DNA of 64,000 nucleotides from Octopus vulgaris (taxonomy: Eukaryota): NCBI GenBank assembly GCA_951406725.2, contig OX597830.1, positions 58,652,001-58,716,000 of the forward strand, in the 5' to 3' direction. Both the position numbers and the translations under genes were made by a program. Each line of letters opens with the position of its first letter. Position 1 is the first letter of the stretch. A model generated the notes under the pieces. That model saw only the letters and a list, made by a program, of their open reading frames with translations. It searched no databases and had not been told where the DNA came from. This document shows positions 11,471 through 24,206 of this stretch, piece by piece.

Positions 11471-14400
11471 CTCCTACAGAAACTGGAACCATGTGGTTGG
11501 TAAGCAAGCTACTTACCACACAGCCACTCCTGCGCCTACGCAGCCAGCCCTGAGCCCACAGGCGCATGCATGTGTATAAACATACGTATATACATCTGTG
11601 CGTGCGTGCGCCGAAACAAGGATATATATATATATATATATATACGCCTATATACACATGCATCCACGCACGCACGTGCACATACACATATATGTATATA
11701 TGTATGTATATACACCAATATTGACGCAGAAAAAAATCAACAAGTACGATTAAAGTCAATAATTAAAACAAGCTATAATTTAAATAGGTAGACGAAAAAT
11801 TTCTGGGTAGGTTAAGTCGGGAACTCTTCGATCCTGTTCACTTAACCATTTCTCTAATTGTGCCCGAGTGCAACCAAACACACTAGTATGCCTTTCTGGA
11901 GACATCTGGTGTTTAGCAAAGCATATTCAACTCATTTGTCATGTGTATGTATGTATGTATGTATGTATGTATGTATGTTTGTACGTACGTACGTATGTAT
12001 GTATATATCAACTTGATATATGTACTTAACGTGCAGAACGCCCCCTGATGTATTTCCCCTTAGCTCTATCATCAATATAAATAATCAGTGTTACTACGTT
12101 CTCTTTAGTTTTGGATGAAAAGCGATTGTTTCTAAGCCTTGAAAACTGAGCTGAATGCGCTCGAAATGTTAGGAAGAGTAGCTAATTTCCCCTTAGATTC
12201 TATCTTAACGTTTTGAATAAAGAATACATCGAGCAATGTGTTAGATGTAAAAACAAACTCAGGATAGTCATGGTTGGAATATTTTTTCTGTTAGATGTGC
12301 CCAAGCAGAGGCTAAACAGGAACAGTATCAGCAATTAAACGCTAATAATTCTAATCCCACCTATCTACCAGTTATTGTAATTCTAATATATGAGAGTGTA
12401 AGAAGACTATAAATACATTTCTTAATAGTAATTCCACCAAACACGAACATTGGCAATATATTTTTTCTTTATGAAGGGCGGCGAATTCGCAGAATCGTAG
12501 GAACGATGGGCAAAACCTTTAGCGGCATTACTTCCGGCTATTTACGGATGCTTTTTATCGTTTTGGGATCGATAAAATAAGTACCAGTTGAATACTGAGG
12601 TTGATGTAATCGACTAGCTTCTCCCTCCTCCCCCGTAGTTGCAGGCCTTGTGCCAATTTTTGAAACCAATATAGGTTTCCTACATGAAGGGCAGCGAAAT
12701 CGAAGAATCATCGGATTAGTGGTCAAAATGCTTAGCGGCATTTCTTCCGGCTATTTACGTTTTGAGATCAAATTCTGCTGAGGACGATATAATTAGCGTT
12801 AGGTAAGCATCAGAGTTGATGTAATCGACTGGCCCCCTCCCTCAAAATTTCAGGCATTGTGCCTATATTAAAAAGGAATATATATTTCGTACACGAATTA
12901 TAAATCTTGATGAAAGTAAATCACCAATGAAAAACATTGAATTCATCTGTAGAATTGAAAAACTGGATAACATGTCATTTAGCGACATCTTCATTCTGAT
13001 TGAGAAGATCTATGATGAAAAGCATTTCAGCCAAAATAACTTGGTTCTTTTAGTAACCTAGGACTACATTCTCTAATGTATTCTTCCACTTTTTATGACA
13101 ATAGAAAAAAAAAAACAACAAAAAAATAAAACCAAACCTTGAGGGAGAATTGACTGTTGTTTAACCTAGTCATTCTTGTGGGTAGAGCTTACGAAAAAGA
13201 AATTGAAATCCTAAACATAAGTAAATTATATAAATATCTCAAATGAGTAATTTTGATGCTGCTGGACCCAGGTTGAACTAAAACCCACTAATTGACTTTT
13301 TCTTGTCATTTTCGATCAACGCTGATATTCTCTTTAACAATTTTCAATAACGAATAGTGTTCTATCTTATACGTTGTGGTATTTTCTCTTCTCCTCCATA
13401 ATAAACGTAATGTTTCCTTTAATTTCGCTGCTCTGCACAGATAAAGGGTTATATCTTATGAGGAAAATATATTGATTTATTTCAGATGCCTAATGCTTTA
13501 GTTATATACGGCAAAGCATTAGCAGTTGTAAACGAATTATAACTAGGATTAAAATATCGGGTCTACGAGTCATCAGAAAAATATTGATTTCTAACACAAG
13601 ACGTCTCTCAAGAAAGTATATTAAGACATAATAGAAAAAAAGGGCAAAAATCCCCAAAGCCACCAATCACATACCCATTGAGACACGCATCCTCTTAATT
13701 GCAAAATGACCACATCTTACCTTATCTCAGTTGTCTTTCAAGCTGTCAGCAGTCTTCTCTGTTAAATCGTAATACTAGAGAAAGTCACAGTATTAAAGAG
13801 CTCGTTTAAGATAACATCGATAAGGATTTTTCAAGTAATCTTGTATGATAGTTTTATATTATTTGTAAGTAATTAAAACGACTGGTAACTTTCTGTTATT
13901 AAACTCATAAAAAAGTGAAATCCTATTTAAACATCGACTATTTCATGTGTGCAGGTGTCTTTTCTTTTACATATTCATAACACGAGTATTGAATCACCAA
14001 TTATTGATGGATACAAAAAGAAAGAAAGAGATAAAATATGAAGAAAGACGTGTGTACATTTTCCAATGATTTATTTCTTATTTAAATTTTTCTTTTCTTT
14101 TCTTATGCACTGTATAATGGTGATTAGAGATGTGACCAGTCCACAGATGGTGAAGAAAATACACGAATCATCTCTAACGTAATTGAACTGGTATGAACAT
14201 TATTCTGACCTTGTCGATCAATAACAGGTTAATTCAACAGATGGACACTAAACGACAGAGTTGGGTCAATTCACTTCATTTTTTTCTACGTTACCGAATT
14301 CATTCCTTGCCTTGGCAGTTTTACCTTCCGTCCCTCTGGCTTCTATAAAATGAATAATATCATGGGACTGTGATCCAGTTAATCAATTATACTTTCATCC

Positions 14401-14607
14401 AATAACAGAATAAAGCTAGCGTTTTATTAAAAAGCTCGTTTAATGTTTTTCCGTTGGGGAAGCCAAGCCTTGACAGACGTCTTTAAGAAACAAACTGTTT
14501 TTTGGAGAATTTCCGGTTTTTATGTCTTTAGGGAAATTGTACTGTGGTCGATATAATCAACTGGTTCCTTCTCTCAAAATTTCTGGCCTTGTGCCTTAAC
14601 TGGAAAC

Positions 14608-14703
<96 letters not shown>

Positions 14704-14727
14704 CATCATCATCATCATCATCATCAT

Positions 14728-15517
14728 TGGGTAGTCTTGTTTTTATCATGTGCTTTCACTTCACTACCGAGCGCAGTTCTGTGCGCCTTGGGTATGTACT
14801 GTGGTTTGTTGTGGTGCTCTTATTTTCACTGTATTGAAAGTGTTTTACGTAGCATGTGTGCGGCGCCTACTACAGCTATGTTCTGTATGTTATATATACT
14901 TGTAAGACCTAGTGATTTTGTTATGAATGTTTTTTTATCATAACTAATGCGCCTACTATAATAGGTATTGTTTCTGTTTTTAGGCTCCACATTCGAGTTA
15001 CCTCTATTTCCAGATCTTGGTATTTTGAAAGTTTTTCCGTTTCTTTTAGAGAAATACTGTCATCTATTGGTATTGATACATCGATTAGAAAGAGTTTTTT
15101 TCCTTCGTGATCTCTGACAACGATATCCAGCCTAATGCTCTTAATTTCTCTATCTGTGTGCATTGGCATACCCCAGAGGATGGTTGTTTTCTCATTTTCT
15201 GTGACCTTTTCTGAGGTTTGCTTATATAATTTTGTTTCTTGTGTTATTCCATAGTGTTGGTATAGCTTCCAGTGCATATAGTTCCCAACTCTGTCGTGTC
15301 TGTGAATATATTCCTTCTTAATCAGGACTTGTCTGTCAGTATGATTTATTGTTTCTTCTCCATCACCCATATTCTGCCGTTACTTGCATTTCTTTTCATT
15401 ACATGTTTTTGGTAATTTATGGTGGGAAGGCTTTGATCTTGTGCTGCAATTAAAAATCCTTCAGTCTCTGCTTTGAATCCTGAGCTTCTCAGCCATTGTT
15501 GGGATTTTGCTTTGTCT
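14728..15517 (-). mobile_element. R4/Dong-clade LINE 3' fragment (RLE domain and 3' UTR)
   Basis: WLRSSGFKAETEGFLIAAQDQSL; RHDRVGNYMHWKL...RLDIVVRD...IDVSIP...KLSKYQDLEIEV...PIIVGALV; 3' end runs into (GAT)n(AAT)n. Related pieces at 38050-38370 and 57840-58025. Confidence 0.88.
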
Positions 15518-15527
15518 GTTGTTGTTG

Positions 15528-15649
<122 letters not shown>

Positions 15650-15754
15650 GCATTTGGGGATGGACATGTTGCCAGTTTAGCCAATAAAAACACACGCACT
15701 ATATATTTGGTGTTATGTTGCTTCAGCTTTTTGTTTTTTACATTAATCGTATTA

Positions 15755-16615
15755 TTATTATGTTTTGGCTTTTGCTTTGTATTTGTACAAGTTGATTCCA
15801 AGTCTTACCCAGAGACCGCAAGAGACAACGAGTTAGAAGTTCATGTTGGTGTAATACCTAAGGTGTCATACATTTGGTTTTGCATATAGTGTTGTTCTAG
15901 AGAATGTTCAAGAAAACGTAAGAAAATTATGAGTTTGTTTTAAAATTTGAGATTACATAGACAGTAATTTATGTAGGACATGGGCAGTTCCCATGAGCAC
16001 TACCTTTTGAATTTCTGCCATTTTGGGGTTTCCTGGTATTTGAAATAGGTAGGAATCAGCCCCTTTTGCTACCATTCCTAGGGCACCTATGGCAACAATT
16101 ATTATTAAGTGAGAGAGCAGCGCATGCCATCAAGGTGACACTGGGGTACAAATATACATCGCCCAATATACCTATTATGATTACCCGTCTGATAAGGGTA
16201 CACTGGGCACATGCATCACAACCATGTGTGCGCGACATGGTGATCCCATATGAAAATAAACAGCGTATGACCTTGCAGTTAGAAATATCTTCAGGTCTAG
16301 TAACCCATCTCACTCAAAAAGTCCCTGAATAAGGTTTGTTTAAGGATGATTAATGAAACACCCACGTTTTGAGGGATGAAACATTCATATCCCAAGGATT
16401 CCTCTCAGCACATGAATATCATGCTCCTACATTATTCTTGCTCTTTATCAGAGCTGCACATATCGTTAGCTACTAAGGGACATGCTCAACTGACAAGCAA
16501 ATAAATCCCTGGTATTGAGCAGAATATTTGCTGCAGCCCAGCTTTTAGACCAAGATAAAATATGCACATGATAACACTTCCAATCAGTTGAGATCAAATG
16601 CCACGTGAGCCACTG
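15755..16615 (-). mobile_element. Two stacked 3' ends of TAA-tailed retroelements
   Basis: 15755-16090 and 16100-16615 have homologues in the same order at 39235-39550 and 39625-40030, each ending in a (TAA)n tract. Confidence 0.6.
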
Positions 16616-17406
16616 AGGAATTATTATTATTATATGAAGGTGGTGAGCTGGCAGAAACGTTAGCACGCCGGGCGAAATGCGTAGCCGTATTTCGTCTGCC
16701 GTTACGTTCTGAGTTCAAATTCCGCCGATGTTGACTTTGTCTTTCATCCTTTCGGGGTCCATAAATTAAGTACCAGTTACGCACTGGGGTCGATGTAATC
16801 TACTTAATCCCTTTGTCTGTCCTTGTTTGTCTCCTCTATGTTTAGCCCCTTGTAGGTAATAAAGGAATTGAAATAGGTATTTCATCTGCTGCTACGTTCT
16901 GAGTTCAAATTCCGCCGGATCGACTTTGCCTTTCATCCTTTCGGGGTCGATTAAATAAGTACTAGCTACGCAATGGGGTCGATGTAATCGACTTAATTCC
17001 TTTTTCCAAATTTGAGGCCTTGTGCTTCCAGTAGGAATGATTATTATTAATGTTGTTGTTAAGGCAGTGAGGAGGTAGAATCGTTATCATGAAGGGCGAA
17101 ATGTTTATCGGCATTTCGTCAGTCCTTACGTTCTGAGTTCAAATTCTGCCGAACTCAATTTTTCCTTTCATCCTTTCCGGGATCGATAAAATACGTACCA
17201 GTTGAATACTGGGGTCAGTGCAATCGAGTAAACCCTTGCGCCCTTGACAAAAAGGATTATTTTTATTGTTATTGCGACATTTGTTCCATCTCTTTGCCTT
17301 CTCTGCTCAAATCACTTGCGGTCATTTTACCTTTCATCGTTTCGGGGTCGAGAAAAGGAAGAACCAGACAAGTACTGGAGTCAGTGGTAGCAACTGATCC
17401 ACTCTT

Positions 17407-17691
17407 GGGGTAAAGATTGTTTGCCAACATAACATAGCAGTCCTGGTTTAGGACGAGTGTTGCTGTAATTTAGCCCCAGGAGACATTGTCTCCTGCTGGC
17501 TATACGACACGATCTTGCTCAAAATATATAAGGACACAGATCGTGTCATATAGCCAGCTGGAGACGATGTCTTCTGGGGCTAAATTACAGCAACATTCGT
17601 CCTAAACCAGGACTGCCATGTTATGTTGACAAACAATCTTTACTACAAAGTATTGTTGCTGAATATCTCATGTTGTGAGATTTAAAAATAG
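17407..17691. mobile_element. Fold-back insertion (~100-bp arms) with 12-bp TSD
   Basis: Inverted repeat 17410-17643; direct repeat tgatccactctt at 17395-17406 and 17692-17703. Confidence 0.75.
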
Positions 17692-18310
17692 TGATCCACT
17701 CTTTTCCCCCTTTTACTCGCTTCAGTCATCATTAGATCGTGGCCATGCTGGAGCACCACCTTGAATTTTAGACAAACGAATCGACCCTAGTATTTACTTT
17801 TTAAGCCTTGTACTTATTTTATCGGACCCTTTTGCTGAACCGCTATATTACGAAGACGTAAACACATCCACACCAGTTGTAAAGCGGTGGAGGGGGACAA
17901 ACACAAACACACGTACTCATACACGCATGCATGCGCACTCACATACACGCACACACATGTACACACACATGCACACACTCATATGACGAGCTTCTTTCAG
18001 CTTCCGTCTACCAAATCCACTCGCAAGGCTTTGGTCGGGCCAAAGCTATCGTGGGAAACGATAGCCAAAGGAGCCACGCAGTGAGACTGAACGTGGAACC
18101 ATGTTGTTTCAATCTTCTTACTGCCTAGCCACACCTTAAAATTTTGAAACGTTGTGCTTAAATGAGAAATAAGTGTCAACTGCGAGGCATTATTCAGATG
18201 ACACAAAAACTATGAACGTAATAAAGAGAAAACGTAAAGCATGCTGTTTGCCCTAAGTTTTTTTTTTAAATAGGCGCAGGTGTGGCTGTGTGGTAAGTAG
18301 CTTGCTTACC

Positions 18311-20380
18311 TTACAACTGAAGAGTTCGTGCTGCTTAAGTCACGTCTTTCGACGTGAAATATTGTACGTTTGAAGCTCGACTACAGGTAGGCGTTTGTTT
18401 TATTTTGGGGGGCTTAGTGGAGTTTGTTGCTCTGTATTTAATAATTTTTGTTGAGCAACAATCTCCACTCTGCTCCAGACATTTGCCTGCCTGTGGTCGT
18501 GCGAAAAGCCTCACTTTGCAGTGAGAATTGTGCTTTTGAGGAGGCGTATCCCCTCCACAAATTTTCTTTTGTGAAAATTCTATTTGTGTGACTGTATTCG
18601 TGTGACTGGAAGTTCCATTGGAATTACCACAGGCAAGGAGTACGAGGACAGCAAGAATTAATTTTTGTGCTGCGAAGGTGAACTAGAGTACCTTTATTCT
18701 TGTGGATTACCAGAGTGGCGGAATTGTGTTGCCGTGAATTGAACTCTCTTCCTTCGTTCCCATTCTCTGCTCTGTCTTTCTGTTCTTTTTTGTGTTTTTA
18801 TTGAACTTTTCTGAACTTTGTGTTGAACCTTTTTTGGAGACTTTCTATGTTTTTGCAAGTATGGCAACAGAGAAGGGTACTGTGCTGGAGTGGGAAATTT
18901 TACCCCCTAAGCAGTGGATAAAGGACCGTAATGAGAGAACGGTGGTGTTGAGGACATATTCCAAGTCCCTCGACACCATCACTGTGTTCCCTCAGGTCGA
19001 GATAGAGAAAGAGTTGGCAGAATACCAGCCAACTATCAAGTTTATTGCAAGGGTTGTAAAATTTGCAACAGTGTGGGTGCTATTTGACACCCCTGAGGAG
19101 GCTCACATTTTTGCTAACCAACCGCTGGAAGAGAAAAAATTTTTTGTTTCTCCCCACATATCGTGGGAAGAAATTGACAAGTGTCTGGGTGTGTGGGCTG
19201 CCACCCGGAATAGAGCCCGAGTGGATAGAGGACACTATCCGCCGGGGTCTGGGTGGCAGCGGAACCAGGCTCTTAAATGTTAAAATGCTTCCTGTGGCTG
19301 ATTGGGTGGGGTCGAAAGCAATTTTGACCCTATGGACCCATCAGCCAAAGATCTGGTTTTTCCAGATTTCTTAAAGATGGCCGGTTCTAGGTATCCGGTG
19401 ATTCTTGAGGGACGCCCCCCCCAAGTGTCACCTGGAATCGGGCCACATAAAGAAGAACTGCTCCAAGAACCAAGCAAGGGTACTGGAGCAGTTAATAGAC
19501 CTCCCTGTCCTCCCAAGAGAGGTTCCTGAATTTCTAGCGGAGGGAGAGGTAGAGAAAGTCGAGGGGGAGGTAAACTCCCCGAAAACAAAAGGAAAAAAAA
19601 GAAAGGTGGACAACAATGGTTGCACACCAATGGATCCTGAGGCGGCGGGAGGTAAGGAGGGATTTCCGAATATGACGGAAGAACTCCACCTTCTCGTCGT
19701 AAACAAAAAGAAAAAAAGGAAAAGGAAAAACGACGCATCGCCGGCGGTTGCTGGTGCACCGGTGGCATGTTCCGAAACCCATTCGGTGGAACGTGAGCCA
19801 CTGGAGGGGGGTAGGAAGAAGGCCCCTCCCAGTAGAAATGTTGAAGAACATGTGATCTTCTATCTCAGGGGAGGGGCTATAGAGAATTATATAGAAAGTT
19901 CCTTTGATAGTCGGGACCTGATAGACTCGACTTGTATTCCAGAGTGGCCTCCGCAGGTGGCTGCTCGGGTACTGGAAGAAAGGAACCTCTACCATATAAT
20001 GGACTCCTTCTCAAAGAAAGAATACAGAACATGTTTATGGGCCCCCAACTTGCGGTTCCTGGAATGCCTGCAGGAGGCAAGAAAGTTTATTAAGGACTCA
20101 TTTATGTAACAGGCTTATCGCCTGTTAAATTGTTTTCAATTGTAGTGGACTTTTTAGTCCATAAAGTGTAAAAATTGTAAGAAGGTTAATACCTCATTCA
20201 GTATTTTTTAAAAAAAGAACAATGTTTTAGAGGAGCAAAAGTCGGCGGGCGCTTTTCGTCTTCTCCCATCCTTATCATCCTTGTATCATTATCATTCACC
20301 TCATTAATGCCCGTGTCCAGCCCGCAAGCTACCTTACTCTATGTACTGCCTTTATGGTAAATTCGATAAAATAAAATAGA
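18311..20380 (+). mobile_element. ORF1-only non-autonomous L1/Tx1-like retrotransposon (HAL1-like) inserted in a family A SINE
   Basis: TSD ttgcttacc at 18302-18310 and 20381-20389. The SINE head (18272-18310) resumes at 20390. A-rich 3' end; no endonuclease or RT coding region. Confidence 0.8.
18861..20109 (+). pseudogene. Frameshifted L1/Tx1-type ORF1 (RRM-like region plus CCHC zinc knuckle)
   Basis: Four overlapping ORFs join: MATEKG...VWVLFDTPEEA / VWVCGLPPGIEPEWI / YPVILEGRPP / KCHLESGHIKKNC (decayed CX2CX4HX4C), then a basic tail; stop at 20109. Confidence 0.75.
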
Positions 20381-20510
20381 TTGCTTACCAAACACATGAT
20401 TCCGAGTTCAGTCCCACTGCGTGGTACCTTGGGCAAATGTCTTTTATAGCCTCGGGCCAACCAACGCCTTGTGAGAGGATTTGGTAGACAGAAACTGAAA
20501 GAAGCTTATC

Positions 20511-20550
<40 letters not shown>

Positions 20551-21429
20551 ATCTGTGATTGTCCTCCCACCATCGCCTGACAACCGATGTTAGTGTGTTT
20601 ACGTCTTCGCAACTTAGCGGTTCTGCAAACGAGACCGATAGAATAAGTACTAGGCTTACGAAGAATAAGTTCTGGTGTAGATTTGTTCGACTAAAACGTG
20701 GTGCTCCAGCATGGCCGCAGTGAAATGACTGAAACAAATAAAAGAATAAATTATTAGGTTATTTGTTGAAAGAGAGAACCCATTAATCAACGCTGAACAT
20801 TCAATATGCACCCAACCGTTACGATATCTGAAAGCAGTCAGACGAATATTCATGCTCTATTCTCTGTGTTGTATTGTATCTTGATGCTTAATTTTTATTG
20901 CAAATACCTATTTCTTTACTACCCGCAAGGGGCTAAACACAGAGAGGACAAACAAGGACAATCAAACGGATTAAGTCGATTATATCGACCCCAGTGCGTA
21001 ACTGGTACTTATTTAATCGACCCCGAAAGGATGAAAGGCAAAGTCGACCTCGGCGGAATTTGAACTCAGAACGTAACGGCAGACGAAATGCCTATTTCTT
21101 TACTACCCACAAGGGGCTAAATACAGAGAGGACAAACAAAGACAGACAAACGGATTAAGTCGATTACATCGACCCCAGTGCGTAACTGGTACTTAATTTA
21201 TCGACCCCGAAAGGATGAAAAGCAAAGTCGACCTCGGCGGAATTTGAACTCAGAACGTAACGGCAGACGAAATACGGCTACGCATTTTGCCCGGCGTGCT
21301 AACCACTCTGCCAGCTCACGGCCTTGAAGCGTGTAGTTCTTTTCTCAATTTCAGTCGAAGTGCACGGGTCTCTTCACACATTTTCCAATATATATATATT
21401 AGTGAGTATACAGGGGGGCTAGAAAGAAA

Positions 21430-22832
21430 TTAAGACAACCTTATACGTAATGATACCAGTGGTACCTGCCCTAGATATAGAAACAAAGAATGGAATATGA
21501 TACAAAGAACTTGTGACAAAGCAAACAGGGCAAACACGTGGTATAAAACCGACAAATATCAAGGAGTGACGTTTGTAGAGGCCACAGCCCATGGAGAACC
21601 AGCCCGTAGGTTTAGGAAAGCTCTGAAGGAAACCAAACCCAACGTTAAGATTGTTGAAAAGCCAGGGAACTCCGTCAGATCACAACTATGTAGGACGTAA
21701 CCCTTTGAGAATACCATATGCGCCAATGATAACTGCATGGTATGTAGGATTAGCCCTGGCGTTAACTGTAGAACTCGAAATGTTGTTTACAGCATAAGAA
21801 GCATAGAAGGTGCTTGTAAAGACATGAACATGAAATACATAGGGGAGACATCTAGGAGCATTGCGGAAAGACTAAATGACCATCTGAGACAATATGACAA
21901 CAAAAAACAGTTCTCAACACTCTACCAACATGCCAAAGACCACCATGGAGGCAACTTGTGTCAACTTGACATCCGCATCTTATCCAAGCACCCAAAAGAC
22001 CCAACCCTCAGACAAATACGGGAGTACGTCCTTATAAATAAAACTTCCCCAATACTGAATAGGAAATATACATGGTAGATATCATACTTCTACACCCACA
22101 GTTTACACAGGTAGAGTAGAATAGATAGTGGACTGTTAGGTAGATAGATGTATGTATGTGTGTGAATGGGTGTGTATGCACATGTATGTAAGATTATAGA
22201 TATGAAAATAAACAGATCAACATATAGACGGATAGGTAACTAGGTTATATGAACAGACAAGCACACATACGCAAATGGAGACTGACACACATGACCATAT
22301 ATACACACCCACACTTTACTCCACACGAGGACACATATAGAGACACGGGTCTACACATATAGAGATGCACATCCATACATACAAACATGGTACATAGTTG
22401 CAAAACACACACACAGACATGCACACACAAGGAGACAGAGGTGCATACATATACAAGCACACGCTCAGACACACATATACATAGAAAATACACAAACACG
22501 GACATGCAAGCATATGAATATGCAGAATACATACACTGATGCACACACGTACATACGTATATACATATGCATACACACACATGTATACATACATACGTAC
22601 ATTCATGCAAAGGCACACACACACACACTGACCCCCACACATGCGCACAAACAAACAAAAATGAACGCAGTGCAAATAACGGACAGATCAAGACTACTGA
22701 AAAGGTTGCAAGACGCAACGAAAATTTTAGGACAATAAAAATAAGAAATAAGTGGAAATTTTACCGTTGAGTGTGTTAAATTATAAGGCACAAAAAGAAA
22801 ATGACTCTCCCCAGACACAACAGAATATATAT
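21430..22832 (+). mobile_element. Penelope-like element 3' half (GIY-YIG endonuclease, 3' UTR, terminal repeat)
   Basis: CMVC...CRTRNVVYSI...KYIGETSRSIAERLNDH...QIREYVLI...ILNRK, a GIY-YIG domain with Cys-rich linker. Hammerhead-like motif at 22692-22732 near the end. Confidence 0.88.
22692..22732 (+). ncRNA. Degenerate minimal type-I hammerhead ribozyme motif
   Basis: cta CTGAAAA g gttgc-aagac-gcaac GAAA attt tag. Helix II is perfect; core has G8A and helix III is shortened. Confidence 0.6.
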
Positions 22833-22935
22833 AGTGAGAATTTACAAAAGACAAAAAACAAACAAGACAAAAAACGCAGACGGATGGGTAAAGAACAAAC
22901 AGATGTATTAGTTTAACGCTCGGGAAGTGAGAAAG

Positions 22936-22973
22936 TCTTTTACGTTTCGGGCCTACGCTCTTCCACAGAAAGG
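22936..22973 (-). ncRNA. Atypical minimal hammerhead-like motif in PLE terminal repeat
   Basis: Minus strand cttt CTGTGGA a gagc-gtag-gccc GAAA cg TA aaag. Copies at 45190-45203 and 61369-61388 have gctc, restoring helix II. Core position 6 is T rather than A. Confidence 0.5.
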
Positions 22974-23439
22974 AACACAGAAATAAACAGGGAGAGAAAA
23001 TAGAAAAGGGTATAGTGGCCAGCGATCTATCATGTGTGTGTGTGTGTGTGTGTGTTTGTCTCTGTGTGTGTACAGGATACCACGTGTGAGAACTGAATAG
23101 CTGACCTCAAATCATCGGTCAACTTTTGACAAGCCACAACAATACTGACCAACCCAAAACATTACATTTCTTTACTGTTGATGAACTCTCACCATCCCTC
23201 CCTCTCTTCTCAATTACAATTAGTCTCATCTTTGTTCAATTATTTATATTTTTACTATTATTTTTATTTTTATCTTTATCCCATTTACTTATTTCTTCTT
23301 CTTCTTCTTCTTCTTCTTCTTCTTCTTCTTCTTCTTCTTCTTCTTCTTCTTCTTCTTCTTCTTCTTCTTCTCCTTCTTCTACACACATACTTTTGTATTC
23401 TTTCTTATATACGCTTCCCTTTTTTTGTGTGTGTATCTA

Positions 23440-23508
<69 letters not shown>

Positions 23509-23709
23509 CTTAGATAAACTTAGATATGTTTCGACCAAAGATTGGTCCAGGCCATGTCTAACTTAATAGCACCACCTGATAGGATTATTCGAATCCTGTT
23601 TAAGTCAAGTTTTGTTCAAGTAGTGAGTTCTTGTTGGGTGAGTTGTATCCAATTATGGATATATATATATATAGTTTGTATTTTTTTACATTACATATAT
23701 ATATATATG

Positions 23710-23761
<52 letters not shown>

Positions 23762-23839
23762 AATACATATATATATATATATGTAATGTAAAAAAATACA
23801 AACTATATATATATATATCCATAATTGGATACAACTCAC

Positions 23840-23883
<44 letters not shown>

Positions 23884-24206
23884 AATACATATATATATAT
23901 ATATGTAATGTAAAAAAATACAAACTGGGACACAATATATACACAATAGGCGCAGGAGTGGCTGTGTGGTAAATAGCTTGATTCCCAACGACACGGTTCC
24001 GGGTTCAGTCCCACCGCGTAGCACCTTGGACAAATGTCTTCTACTACAGCCTCGGTTCGACCAAAGCCTTGTGAGTGGATTTGGTAGAAAGAAACTGAGA
24101 ATAAGTTCTTGGGTCGATTTGTTCGACTAAAGGCGGTGCTCCAGCATGGCCGCAGTCAAATGACTGAAACAAGTAAAAGATTAAAATAAAAGAATATATA
24201 TATATA

